From an uncultured virus (IMG/VR IMGVR_UViG_3300037563_000115) (taxonomy: Duplodnaviria > Heunggongvirae > Uroviricota > Caudoviricetes), in the IMG/VR virus record IMGVR_UViG_3300037563_000115: a stretch of DNA of 64,000 nt; one strand, given 5' to 3'. Positions 38,039 to 46,452 of the stretch are shown piece by piece (position 1 is the first letter of the stretch; each line of letters opens with the position of its first letter). The notes under the pieces are model-generated. The model did no database searches. It was not told the DNA's origin and saw only the letters and a program-made list of their open reading frames with translations. The translations under genes and the position numbers were made by a program.

Positions 38039-38184
38039 ATCTTTGACTCCAAGTATTTTAAATTATCAGCTATAAAGTCACAACAAAGACACTCCCTTTT
38101 TAGACACATATGATAAATAAAATTAAGTTCCATATTATGACATCCTTGAACATGACCACATTTACAAGGAAAATCTTTATTCAT
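38035..38184 (-). CDS. Cys/His finger microprotein with NLxYLE tag
   Basis: MNKDFPCKCGHVQGCH...CLCCDFIADNLKYLE; start moved to ATG 38184. Confidence 0.8.
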   Translation of the reverse strand: MNKDFPCKCGHVQGCHNMELNFIYHMCLKRECLCCDFIADNLKYLESKI

Positions 38185-38527
38185 TACTACGATACCAGCC
38201 TTCCCATTCACCCCCCCACGGCTTAATTCCACCAATTGCATAAAATAATTTTAACCACCTATCTGTATGTCCCTCTTGCTCATGGGTTCTATCTAAACCA
38301 TGGGCAACCTCATGTAACACTAAATCTTTTATATTATCTGTTTCAATAGACAGCAAACAATATTCAGAAAATGCAAAATACAAAAGATTGTGATCCCAAT
38401 CCATCTGAGTTAAACCATTAGCCCAGTCTTCAATATATTCATCAAAATATATTGGTGTTGTAGGAAACCACTCCCTTATTAGTTTGATTATATAACGTTT
38501 CTTTTCAAATAAGGTCATATCTTTCAT
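38177..38527 (-). CDS. SprT-like HExxH metalloprotein
   Basis: VLHEVAHGL...GHTDRW. Confidence 0.65.
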   Translation of the reverse strand: MKDMTLFEKKRYIIKLIREWFPTTPIYFDEYIEDWANGLTQMDWDHNLLYFAFSEYCLLSIETDNIKDLVLHEVAHGLDRTHEQEGHTDRWLKLFYAIGGIKPWGGEWEGWYRSNE

Positions 38528-38685
38528 ATTTCACCTGTTGCTTTCATTTCTAAATACTTTAGATTGTCTAATTGAAATCCCCTACACTCACAATTATGCC
38601 GATATCCAATATGATCTATATCAAATCTTTTACAACAACCATCGGGACCATGCTTCATTCTTGCGTGGCCACAAATGCAAATCAT
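38524..38685 (-). CDS. Cys/His finger microprotein with NLxYLE tag (53 aa, below cutoff)
   Basis: MICICGHARMKHGPDGCCKRFDIDHIGYRHNCECRGFQLDNLKYLEMKATGEI. Confidence 0.8.
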   Translation of the reverse strand: MICICGHARMKHGPDGCCKRFDIDHIGYRHNCECRGFQLDNLKYLEMKATGEI

Positions 38686-38849
38686 ATCTCTCCCATCGAT
38701 TTCATTTCTAAATATTTAAGGTTGTCTGTAAAATCATGAACAGTTTTATATTTCGGGGGCCACTGCTTATTGCATTCCCAACAATACGGAATATGCATCT
38801 TATTCATATCATGCTCTGATTCTTCATGTTTACATAACATACAAATCAT
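38682..38849 (-). CDS. Cys/His finger microprotein with NLxYLE tag (55 aa, below cutoff)
   Basis: MICMLCKHEESEHDMNKMHIPYCWECNKQWPPKYKTVHDFTDNLKYLEMKSMGEI. Confidence 0.8.
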   Translation of the reverse strand: MICMLCKHEESEHDMNKMHIPYCWECNKQWPPKYKTVHDFTDNLKYLEMKSMGEI

Positions 38850-39025
38850 TTAACCAACCATTCCAAATATTCTAGATTTCCAATCTCTCGATAATTATAG
38901 CACCATTTATCAGGAGTTTGCCCACATTTCTCACAATATAAACCTGCCCAACCTTCATATATTAATGCAAGGTTGACATGATCCGCATATCTGCAGCCAC
39001 ATTCACAAGGTCTTTTGATATTCAT
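38846..39025 (-). CDS. Cys/His finger microprotein with NLxYLE tag (59 aa, below cutoff)
   Basis: MNIKRPCECGCRYADHVNLALIYEGWAGLYCEKCGQTPDKWCYNYREIGNLEYLEWLVK. Confidence 0.8.
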   Translation of the reverse strand: MNIKRPCECGCRYADHVNLALIYEGWAGLYCEKCGQTPDKWCYNYREIGNLEYLEWLVK

Positions 39026-39194
39026 ATTCTAGATATTCGAGATTGGTCATTGCTTTAAAATCAATGCAAGAGCATACTGGCTGACCATATATGAATCTAC
39101 TAATATGCCAACAAGTTTTTACTATCTTTTGCAACCCATGGGCAGTATCTCTATGATCTTTAACTGGATGTTTACATTTACAAAGATTGTTCAT
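39003..39194 (-). CDS. Cys/His finger microprotein with NLxYLE tag
   Basis: CKCKHPVKDH...CSCIDFKAMTNLEYLE. Confidence 0.8.
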   Translation of the reverse strand: MNNLCKCKHPVKDHRDTAHGLQKIVKTCWHISRFIYGQPVCSCIDFKAMTNLEYLEYEYQKTL

Positions 39195-39363
39195 ATGCCT
39201 TCTCTAGGTATCTTAGATTATCCAATTTAAATTTGGCACATCTACACCACTCGTGTGATACCGAATAACCTGAACATGCGACAGGACTCTTTGCATTAAA
39301 AGAATATCCTACATGCTCATACATAGGATGACTACAAATACAAAAATTGTCTGAATCTAGCAT
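39178..39363 (-). CDS. Cys/His finger microprotein with NLxYLE tag
   Basis: CICSHPMYEH...CRCAKFKLDNLRYLE. Confidence 0.8.
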   Translation of the reverse strand: MLDSDNFCICSHPMYEHVGYSFNAKSPVACSGYSVSHEWCRCAKFKLDNLRYLEKAYEQSL

Positions 39364-39761
39364 AAATGGTCTTCTTTATATGTGGCAAGATTCTCTAAAT
39401 ATTCAAGCCCATCCAATATCTCGAAGGTTACTGGATCAAGGGTAATATTCCAATCATCATTATTCTTATATCCACCAATAGTCTCTATCTTAATAAATCT
39501 CTTCTCTATTCCAAAATCTACAGAAGCAACCAATCCTTGCAATCGTAAGGGAGATGCTTCAGCTAATTTAAACAAAGGATTATCATACCCATCTATTTTA
39601 ATTTTACCCTGGGCTCGATGCTGAGTAACTGTGGCTCCATATGCTGTCTCATATTCGTCAAATATCATATAAGCATGTTCAATTGTAAATGTGCCTTTAG
39701 TTATAGGATCTGTACCTATAACTTTTGATTTAAAACTATTATTTGTTATTATGCTGTTCAT
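39357..39761 (-). CDS. Hypothetical protein with variant tag (DGLEYLE)
   Basis: 134 aa, C-terminal LDGLEYLEN. Confidence 0.6.
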   Translation of the reverse strand: MNSIITNNSFKSKVIGTDPITKGTFTIEHAYMIFDEYETAYGATVTQHRAQGKIKIDGYDNPLFKLAEASPLRLQGLVASVDFGIEKRFIKIETIGGYKNNDDWNITLDPVTFEILDGLEYLENLATYKEDHLC

Positions 39762-39972
39762 ACATATATTCTAAATAATCAAGATTCGTCTCACAATACT
39801 TCTTACAAGCAAATCTGCATGTTCCCATATAGAAAGATTTCTTATCTTCTTTTTCAGTAAATACTCCAATACATCCTACATCGTCTCGATGATGACTTGC
39901 TAAATGTCTACACACTTTACATGGAGTTTGTGAAAACCACAAATCGTAAGGAATTATATTATTCAAACTCAT
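39739..39972 (-). CDS. Cys/His finger microprotein with NLxYLE tag
   Basis: PCKVCRHLASHH...CKKYCETNLDYLE; start moved to ATG 39972. Confidence 0.8.
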   Translation of the reverse strand: MSLNNIIPYDLWFSQTPCKVCRHLASHHRDDVGCIGVFTEKEDKKSFYMGTCRFACKKYCETNLDYLEYMYEQHNNK

Positions 39973-40265
39973 TATTTTCCAAAGGAGAACAGCCGCCATC
40001 CATTGGGCTTAAAGTGTGCTATCACTGTTAAAGCACTAATACAAATAAGCAATGCCGCCGTCTCCATAGAAAAGCCCATCCAATTGGAGAAGATAGCTAG
40101 GTTAATCAAATTAAATAATATCTTTGCTATCTTAAATAGATAGGACGAAGAGGATACCTGATTAGAATGCTTTTGCTTAAGGGTCTTTCTAATTTGCCTA
40201 TAGTAACTAAAGAATTCAAACGTTATTGCTATTGTTGCACAAGCAATACCAATTAGTTTAAGCAC
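39972..40265 (-). CDS. PQ-loop/SemiSWEET-like three-helix membrane protein
   Basis: Three hydrophobic segments; YRQIRKTLKQKHSNQVS resembles the PQ-loop consensus PQxxKxxKxKxxxxxS. Confidence 0.55.
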   Translation of the reverse strand: MLKLIGIACATIAITFEFFSYYRQIRKTLKQKHSNQVSSSSYLFKIAKILFNLINLAIFSNWMGFSMETAALLICISALTVIAHFKPNGWRLFSFGK

Positions 40266-40443
40266 TCTGGGATTCCTTTTCTAATTTTTCCAGATACAAG
40301 AGATTATCAGGTATCCAACAATGTTGCACGTTGGGCATATAAACACATTTAAGATTTTCATCTTCTCTATAACTACAATGCATTCCATTATTATACATTC
40401 TTCCACACTTACAAGGAATTTTATAGAGAAGATCTGGAGTCAT
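40258..40443 (-). CDS. Cys/His finger microprotein with NLxYLE tag
   Basis: PCKCGR...H...WIPDNLLYLE. Confidence 0.8.
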   Translation of the reverse strand: MTPDLLYKIPCKCGRMYNNGMHCSYREDENLKCVYMPNVQHCWIPDNLLYLEKLEKESQSA

Positions 40444-40612
40444 AACACTCTTCTAAATACTTTAAATTATCCAATTTGAATTCATGATCACTATCAATTA
40501 TTGGTTGACAGTCAGCACAAACCATTATGTGGGGCCATTTATCCATTATTTGATCCATATAAAGATGTTTGCTGCCCATATGCCCACATGTCCTACAAGA
40601 ATAGCTTATCAT
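40421..40612 (-). CDS. Cys/His finger microprotein with NLxYLE tag
   Basis: CRTCGHMGSKH...CADC...HEFKLDNLKYLE. Confidence 0.8.
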   Translation of the reverse strand: MISYSCRTCGHMGSKHLYMDQIMDKWPHIMVCADCQPIIDSDHEFKLDNLKYLEECYDSRSSL

Positions 40613-40614
40613 AT

Positions 40615-40809
40615 TTATTTTAAATCTGCAATTTCTTTTTCTTTAGAAAGCATTTCGAGATATTTTAAATTGTCCAACTTAAAATTATGTCTACCCTTAT
40701 CATAACGTGAAAGATCTTTGGCAAGTCCCTCATAACACACAAAGCAACCAGATATTCCATGGTCTTTAATAAGATGCCCACACCTGCAATCTAAATCAAA
40801 TCTTTCCAC
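40615..40809 (-). CDS. Cys/His finger microprotein with NLxYLE tag
   Basis: CRCGHLIKDH...CFVC...HNFKLDNLKYLE. Confidence 0.8.
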   Translation of the reverse strand: MERFDLDCRCGHLIKDHGISGCFVCYEGLAKDLSRYDKGRHNFKLDNLKYLEMLSKEKEIADLK

Positions 40810-41402
40810 TGGTTCCTTTTCAAATAAGCTGTCACATTAGGTAAATGATCTTCCATGTATAGGACTAAAGTACTACAATATCCTCGTAACTCTGGACTCT
40901 GCCCATGATTCTGCTCTATAAATGATATCAAATCCTTTGCATTCACTTCCCATAGGTAGTTCTTAAATAGTCCTTGGGGTAATACCAACTCAGCTTGAGC
41001 AGGATTCATCCCTCCTTCAATCAGTTTATTATAGAAGTTAAATGCCCAATTGTAAAAGTTATTAAGCTTAGTATTATAGTCGTTACAGGCTTTAGAGTCC
41101 ATTATATTAGTCCCTAAAGGGCTCTCTTTGAAGTATTGCTGCGGGAGATAGGCAATAGGATGATCAGGGCCTCCTTGGACCGTTAAAGTGCCTAATTTAT
41201 CATTGTAGAAGGTCTGGGCAACCAACACAGGCATCTTAATCTCAAAGGTGAATTTAATCTTATCCAATAGCTTCTCTGCAACATAATTCTCCATCCAAGC
41301 ATCACTTAGTTCATTGACCTTATATCCATCCTTTTCTAGATCCTTTTCAGATCCTGTTATATATGGAAGCTTTATGCTGCCCGAATTCAAAACTCTCTTC
41401 AC
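40791..41402 (-). CDS. ThyX-fold protein lacking the catalytic RHR...S motif
   Basis: FTFEIKMPVLVAQ, YNKLIEGGMNPAQAELVLPQG, VNAKDLISFI, ELRGY match the ThyX scaffold. Confidence 0.6.
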   Translation of the reverse strand: MKRVLNSGSIKLPYITGSEKDLEKDGYKVNELSDAWMENYVAEKLLDKIKFTFEIKMPVLVAQTFYNDKLGTLTVQGGPDHPIAYLPQQYFKESPLGTNIMDSKACNDYNTKLNNFYNWAFNFYNKLIEGGMNPAQAELVLPQGLFKNYLWEVNAKDLISFIEQNHGQSPELRGYCSTLVLYMEDHLPNVTAYLKRNQWKDLI

Positions 41403-41532
41403 TTAAATGACCTCACAATGCAGCCAATCAAAAGAGCTATAGCCACCACACTAAAAATACCTACTCCAATAAGCTTATATGAAATAAACACATGCTCTAA
41501 TCCGTTTGAATAAATAACGCTATACCAAGGAA

Positions 41533-41781
41533 TCATACCTTCTCCTGTATCAATCTTTCTGAGCATTCCTTGCAAATACCAAATGGGCTCTTCTTATCCT
41601 GTTTACAAATCAAACAAAAATTTAATTTCTTATGTTTATCTTCTCGTTCCCTCTTCTTTAATTGATTCTCTATCCAAAGAAGGTTATCCATTTCATATTC
41701 ATGAGTAGGTTTAGCCCAATCCATCCAATTAGAATTAAGGTGAATACTCTTTGGCCGTTGGCAAATCTTACAGGGTTTCAT
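41533..41781 (-). CDS. Double Zn-finger microprotein with internal variant tag DNLLWIE
   Basis: PCKIC...H...HEYEMDNLLWIE...CLIC...CKEC. Confidence 0.65.
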   Translation of the reverse strand: MKPCKICQRPKSIHLNSNWMDWAKPTHEYEMDNLLWIENQLKKREREDKHKKLNFCLICKQDKKSPFGICKECSERLIQEKV

Positions 41782-41922
41782 TCTTCTGTATCTCCTTCTT
41801 CTTTTCTTCCTTGGGAAATGCCTTACCCTCTAAGAAATCTTCACATCTCCTGCATCTCGCTACTATTAGAACAAAATGCTCCAAATCAAACTGTTTCTGA
41901 TATGCAGCATGATTGCAATTGT

Positions 41923-42300
41923 TCATAGTGCTGAGTCATTGGCATCCAAATTATAATGTCCTTCAATATACTCTGAATCAATTCCTACGTCACTTAAAAT
42001 TCCCTGCATTCTAAGGGAAGCTGGATAATTAGATGAATGAATCGTAATCTTTTTCGGCCTATCTTCTGGCTTCATAAGCACAATGTAATACACGACAGGC
42101 TCAAACGTTTCTTCACCAATAGCGAGTCTCTTACGGACCTCTTCTTTGACGAACTCTACTCTAGGAATACAGATATCGTGATCAATGGAAATTTCTTCCA
42201 CATGGAGAGTAGCAAGAAGTCTGATAGCTTCTGTATTAGTTCGAGCAAGTGTCCAGGTGTTATCTGGCACTTTTCTCAAGTCGTCAACGTATAATTTCAA
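41923..42300 (-). CDS. Cyclic-phosphate-processing receiver-like domain protein
   Basis: KLYVDDLR, ISIDHD, ITIHSSN motifs. Confidence 0.75.
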   Translation of the reverse strand: MKLYVDDLRKVPDNTWTLARTNTEAIRLLATLHVEEISIDHDICIPRVEFVKEEVRKRLAIGEETFEPVVYYIVLMKPEDRPKKITIHSSNYPASLRMQGILSDVGIDSEYIEGHYNLDANDSAL

Positions 42301-42474
42301 CTCGCTGCCTCCTCAGATCCAAATGACACTGCCCTCATTATACAATCTGTTGTTACATTAAGCAACTTAAAATGCTCCTCTTCAGTAAGTCTCCCTGACC
42401 TATGAAGCCAATCAATATAAGTATACAATATTTCTTGTGCATCTCCAAATGCTTCTACATGATTAGTGTTCATG

Positions 42475-42861
42475 TCATACCTTCCTTTTATTTTGTTTAA
42501 TAACTTTCTTAACCAGTGCTTCTCTAGCTTTTAAATATTCCTCTTTACTAATAGGAATATAACTAGAATTCCCACAATAAGTATTATAATATCTTTCACA
42601 ATTGTAATTAAATTCTATTTGCCCGTTTGAATTTTCTTCAAACTCATCTGTAGTCACTTCTGTATCCTCTGCACTTAGAACTCGAATATATATCCACCAT
42701 TTGCTATTACAGCCAAAGCTATTCGGGTATTTAAAGCATTTACCTACTAATGCCTGTGCTTTAGGGACATCTTCAATACTATTGATTTTATCCCTTATCT
42801 TAGAAAGCTCAATAGAATATTGTTGAGCAAGCTTCTTAAGATTATCTACCAAATCATCCAT
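42475..42861 (-). CDS. Hypothetical protein
   Basis: 128 aa ORF in the packed minus-strand array. Confidence 0.55.
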   Translation of the reverse strand: MDDLVDNLKKLAQQYSIELSKIRDKINSIEDVPKAQALVGKCFKYPNSFGCNSKWWIYIRVLSAEDTEVTTDEFEENSNGQIEFNYNCERYYNTYCGNSSYIPISKEEYLKAREALVKKVIKQNKRKV

Positions 42862-42971
42862 TAGTTTTTTCCTGAACTACATTAATAGGTTTAATATCAC
42901 ATAGCTTACAGTGATCACACCAAGGGCATTCTCCACCATTGGGGATTTTGCATTTATGAATCCATACGTGT

Positions 42972-43139
42972 TCACACATTTAATTTATCCTTTTTATTTA
43001 AACACCATTCTAAATACTCAAGGTTATTCATCCTCTCATACCACTTACATTTACACTTTAGCAAAAAGTGAGCATTAACCCAATCATCACGATGTTGGTC
43101 TGGAGTATGCTCACAATACCTGCAAGGTCTTACAAACAT
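42972..43139 (-). CDS. Cys/His finger microprotein with NLxYLE tag (55 aa, below cutoff)
   Basis: MFVRPCRYCEHTPDQHRDDWVNAHFLLKCKCKWYERMNNLEYLEWCLNKKDKLNV. Confidence 0.8.
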   Translation of the reverse strand: MFVRPCRYCEHTPDQHRDDWVNAHFLLKCKCKWYERMNNLEYLEWCLNKKDKLNV

Positions 43140-43272
43140 TATCGTGCAGCAATTCGAGTATGCTTACGACGAGCTTCTTCAACTTTACGAAGCAACACAG
43201 CCTGAGCCAATGTAACAGCCAACAGAACTACAACTCCCAATAGAAACAATGTATTCATTTTATCCTCCTTTC

Positions 43273-43500
43273 TTATCCTTTCTTTTCAATCTTTGACCAA
43301 TTAAAAGCTACTTTAAGAGTTTTAGCGAAATGACTACCTTTACTCTTAGAAGCCATAAAAGTATCAAAGTCTGCTTGAGTAGCTGTAGCATCATACGTTG
43401 CACCGCTGGTAAAAGTTACACGCATGGTTCCAGTAGCTTTATCAAAACCTATAGCCTTAATATTACTAGAAATCACTGCTTGCATTTCAATATCAGCCAT
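43273..43500 (-). CDS. KTSC domain protein
   Basis: VISSNIKAIGFD...MRVTFTSGATY...ASKSKGSHF; AGGAG before ATG 43500. Confidence 0.85.
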   Translation of the reverse strand: MADIEMQAVISSNIKAIGFDKATGTMRVTFTSGATYDATATQADFDTFMASKSKGSHFAKTLKVAFNWSKIEKKG

Positions 43501-43619
43501 GTTATTCTCCTTGGTTACGATCAAGCCATCTAGCGAATTTAGCAATTGCCCAAACAGCAGCAGCATACAATAAAATTCCTACAAGAACCAATCCAGTGAT
43601 TTCTAAGCTATTCATTGCA

Positions 43620-43797
43620 TCCTCCAAATTGGGGCTTGAACTATCTTTGAACGTTTGGCTCAAAGAGCAGGTTCGACCCGCTGCATCTTCCCCTAATTGT
43701 GGGGCTGTTCTCGAATCTTTTACTTCAAATTGTGAGGAGTTTTTATTGAACTATCCCGCTGGATATTTATCTCCTCTAAACACATTGCGGGTCTCAT
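43620..43797 (-). ncRNA. Candidate structured leader/ncRNA
   Basis: GC-richer tract after promoter 43803-43831 with GACCCGC/GCGGGUC, GAGGAG/CUCCUC, UAUCC/GGAUA, CCCC/GGGG and CUUUGAGC/GUUCAAAG stems. Confidence 0.4.
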
Positions 43798-43802
43798 ATT
43801 TA

Positions 43803-43831
43803 ATTATAACACATTTACTACTTTTTTGCAA
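43803..43831 (-). promoter_or_regulatory. Sigma70-type promoter
   Basis: TTGCAA-N17-TATAAT with extended TG. Confidence 0.65.
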
Positions 43832-43905
43832 TAGCTATTTTTCGTCTGAGACTCTATACTTATTTACTATGATAGCTATCTACTACCAGGAATTAATTTT
43901 AATAC

Positions 43906-44556
43906 TTATTCCTTAGCCGATCCATCCCAATAGCCGCTTCTACCATCAGCGTCTGAAGGGTAAATAACCTTATCAATAAGTCCATACTTCTGAGCTTCAT
44001 CAGCTGATAAGTAAAAGTTGCGTTCACAATCACGCAAGACATCTTCGTACTTCTTCCCACAGTTATCTGCTAGGATCTTAGTGAGAGATTCTTTATAGAA
44101 CTGCATCTCTTTAGCCTCAATCACAATGTCTGTAGCCTGACCACTGATACCACCACCGCTGATCAAGGGCTGGTGAATCATGATACGAGCGTTAGGCAAG
44201 GCAAAGCGTTTGCCCCTAGCTCCTGCACTAAGCAGCACTGCTCCAAAACTCATAGCCATTCCATAGCAAATAGTTGAAATTGGACTATTGATATGATTCA
44301 TGGCATCAAGGATAGCAAGACCTGCAGAGACTTCTCCACCTGGGGAGTTAATATATAAATTAATATTCTTTCCAGGATCAATCGAATCTAAGTATAGAAG
44401 CTGTGCAACTAATACGTTAGCATCATCCAAGCTAATAGCTCCATGATTACCACCTACGAATAGAATCCTATCCTGCATAAGACGAGACAGCAGATCATAA
44501 CTGACCATGCTCCCCGCCCCCTGGGTTTTTTCTATGACTGTTGGAATTATGTTCAT
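43906..44556 (-). CDS. clpP: ClpP protease proteolytic subunit (host-like)
   Basis: IIPTVIE, YDLLSRLMQDRILF, AQLLYL, YINSPGGEVSAGLAILD, AMSFGA, ARIMIHQP; start set at ATG 44556 after GGGAG. Confidence 0.95.
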   Translation of the reverse strand: MNIIPTVIEKTQGAGSMVSYDLLSRLMQDRILFVGGNHGAISLDDANVLVAQLLYLDSIDPGKNINLYINSPGGEVSAGLAILDAMNHINSPISTICYGMAMSFGAVLLSAGARGKRFALPNARIMIHQPLISGGGISGQATDIVIEAKEMQFYKESLTKILADNCGKKYEDVLRDCERNFYLSADEAQKYGLIDKVIYPSDADGRSGYWDGSAKE

Positions 44557-44622
44557 TGTTATTATCTCCCTTATTTTATTTAGTGAACCAGCTAGTAACT
44601 CTATTGTGAAGTATCTTATATA

Positions 44623-44650
44623 AGTGTAACACAAATTCGTCAAAAGTCAA
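44623..44650 (-). promoter_or_regulatory. Sigma70-type promoter upstream of clpP
   Basis: TTGACT-N16-TACACT with extended TG. Confidence 0.55.
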
Positions 44651-44726
44651 GCCCTTTTTCATCCAATTACATAAACCACAACAAGGTAAAAGATTATCAT
44701 AAATATAACCTCTTGCATTATCCATT

Positions 44727-45002
44727 CTATTCCAATTCATGCTCTTTTCTCTTACTTAGGTACTCAAGGTACTCTAAGTTATTTAAGTAGACTTTGTGCT
44801 TACCTGCTTCTGGCTTAACCTTCTTAATGCTGCGCCTGTCATTAACAAAAAGCATATAGATACCTTTAAGAAATTCCATATCACAGAAAGCTTTCTCCGT
44901 CTGAATGATATCATAGTCACTAGGATATCCCTTAAGAGTCACAACTAGGATATCTCCAACTTTAGCTTTGATCTTTCTAACGCTTCTTACGAGATTCTTC
45001 AT
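44727..45002 (-). CDS. Hypothetical protein with NLxYLE tag (no finger)
   Basis: YLNNLEYLEYL. Confidence 0.7.
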   Translation of the reverse strand: MKNLVRSVRKIKAKVGDILVVTLKGYPSDYDIIQTEKAFCDMEFLKGIYMLFVNDRRSIKKVKPEAGKHKVYLNNLEYLEYLSKRKEHELE

Positions 45003-45165
45003 ACCGTTGCTCCAAGTATTTTAAGTTATCCAGCACAAATTTATTGCAATGCTTCCTGCAATTAGGATCTACCAGTCCGTAAGACCAACACATCGGGTTA
45101 TGAACACCTTCAGGATGTCCACAAGTCCTATATGAATCTTTCTTGAATCCCGTTGGCTTACTCAT
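44977..45165 (-). CDS. Cys/His finger microprotein with NLxYLE tag
   Basis: TCGHPEGVH...CNKFVLDNLKYLE. Confidence 0.8.
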   Translation of the reverse strand: MSKPTGFKKDSYRTCGHPEGVHNPMCWSYGLVDPNCRKHCNKFVLDNLKYLEQRYEESRKKR

Positions 45166-46231
45166 TGTACTTTAGCAAGAAATCAGGATTGATACACTTG
45201 AAGGATAGACGACCTCGAAGGTCTTCATCATACTCCTCAACGATAGGACGCAGCACCACTCCCTCACGATGGGAATCTTTATTCAAGACACTCTTGCCTT
45301 TGGAGTATTCAACCATCTCGTCAACAGTTCCTGGCAGCACAAAGGCATCATCCAAGAGAGGCACAGTCTTAAGGCCAAGCTGATTAACAATTCTCACAAA
45401 CTCATTATACCCTACATGCTGCTGCTTGTCAATATCAAAGACATTGAATACTCGGAACTCTAAGCCTGATAGTTTGTACTTGTTGCCTTGAATACCTTGA
45501 CCAATCAGTTCACCTTGAAGGCAGATATTCCTCTCCAATGACCGCAACTTGTTCTCAAGATCAAGCTCTCTGGCTACCTTCCAGAACGATGTACCACCTT
45601 CTTCTTTTATATCTAGATTACGAGAGCAAACGCCAAACTCCCCAACCCAACACTCAGGGCTACGACGGAAATAGACAGTCATGCTGGAGCCATCAACCTT
45701 CTCTGTAACATAAAACTTTTTATTTTGGTGCCGATACAGAACAGCTGGCACAGCCTGGATACGAGTTTCATCTGTCTTATGGAGGAATTCAGGGAAGTTA
45801 CCTTTCACCAAACCAGCCAACTGAGCTGGAACATAGGGCTCATACTTAGTTACTCCAAGCAACTCAGTGACATCATCACCTTCACGATAGTCAAGCCTTA
45901 AACTGCAATCAGAGATAATACTAGGATTGGGAATCGCTGGATGAATCTGCGGTGGAATAGGAAGAATATGCAAAGGAAAGGCAATACCCTGACTTACCTG
46001 ACCACGCAGCTTGATTGTCTTGATACGATAGTGAACTTTCTCTAGAAATGCAAATTCAGGTTTCGCTGGTAGGATGGAGTCAACCTCACAATACACAACC
46101 AGATCCCCAACCTTAAACTCACCTTTCTTTGCAACGACCTTCCATCCAAGGATAGTAAGGACCTCAATAGCTTCAGCTCCAGGAATGGGCTGAACATCAA
46201 GGACCTTCTGAATAGAAGCTAATTTTCTCAT
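45158..46231 (-). CDS. RNA ligase, Rnl2-like DRB0094 family
   Basis: MRKLASIQ N-terminal OB domain, LRGQVSQG, KTDETRIQ, TEKVDGSS (motif I), QGELIG, FNVF, REGVV, SFKCIN. Confidence 0.92.
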   Translation of the reverse strand: MRKLASIQKVLDVQPIPGAEAIEVLTILGWKVVAKKGEFKVGDLVVYCEVDSILPAKPEFAFLEKVHYRIKTIKLRGQVSQGIAFPLHILPIPPQIHPAIPNPSIISDCSLRLDYREGDDVTELLGVTKYEPYVPAQLAGLVKGNFPEFLHKTDETRIQAVPAVLYRHQNKKFYVTEKVDGSSMTVYFRRSPECWVGEFGVCSRNLDIKEEGGTSFWKVARELDLENKLRSLERNICLQGELIGQGIQGNKYKLSGLEFRVFNVFDIDKQQHVGYNEFVRIVNQLGLKTVPLLDDAFVLPGTVDEMVEYSKGKSVLNKDSHREGVVLRPIVEEYDEDLRGRLSFKCINPDFLLKYNE

Positions 46232-46452
46232 GCTAACCCCAATCCATCCATTTCTTCTGCTATGCGCTGCTTTTCTAAAGCCTCAAAATACATAATTCGT
46301 CTTTCTGTCTCTACATTCAACCTACATGCAAGTTCTTCACAATAAAACTTAGCTGCCATAAAACTCGGTTGACAATATGGGCAATCATATGATAAACCAT
46401 GAAACATATGATCCCATGCTGTCTCTATACTTTTAGATGCAAGCTTTCTCAT
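46228..46452 (-). CDS. Hypothetical protein
   Basis: Packed ORF beginning MRKLAS; CPYC. Confidence 0.5.
   Translation of the reverse strand: MRKLASKSIETAWDHMFHGLSYDCPYCQPSFMAAKFYCEELACRLNVETERRIMYFEALEKQRIAEEMDGLGLA

Noticed and set aside
43631..43727. tRNA/tmRNA-like words on the plus strand (GGGGCTTGAA, GGTTCGAC, GGGGCTGTTCT)
   Set aside because: No consistent acceptor stem, anticodon arm or CCA end, and the adjacent promoter points to the minus strand.
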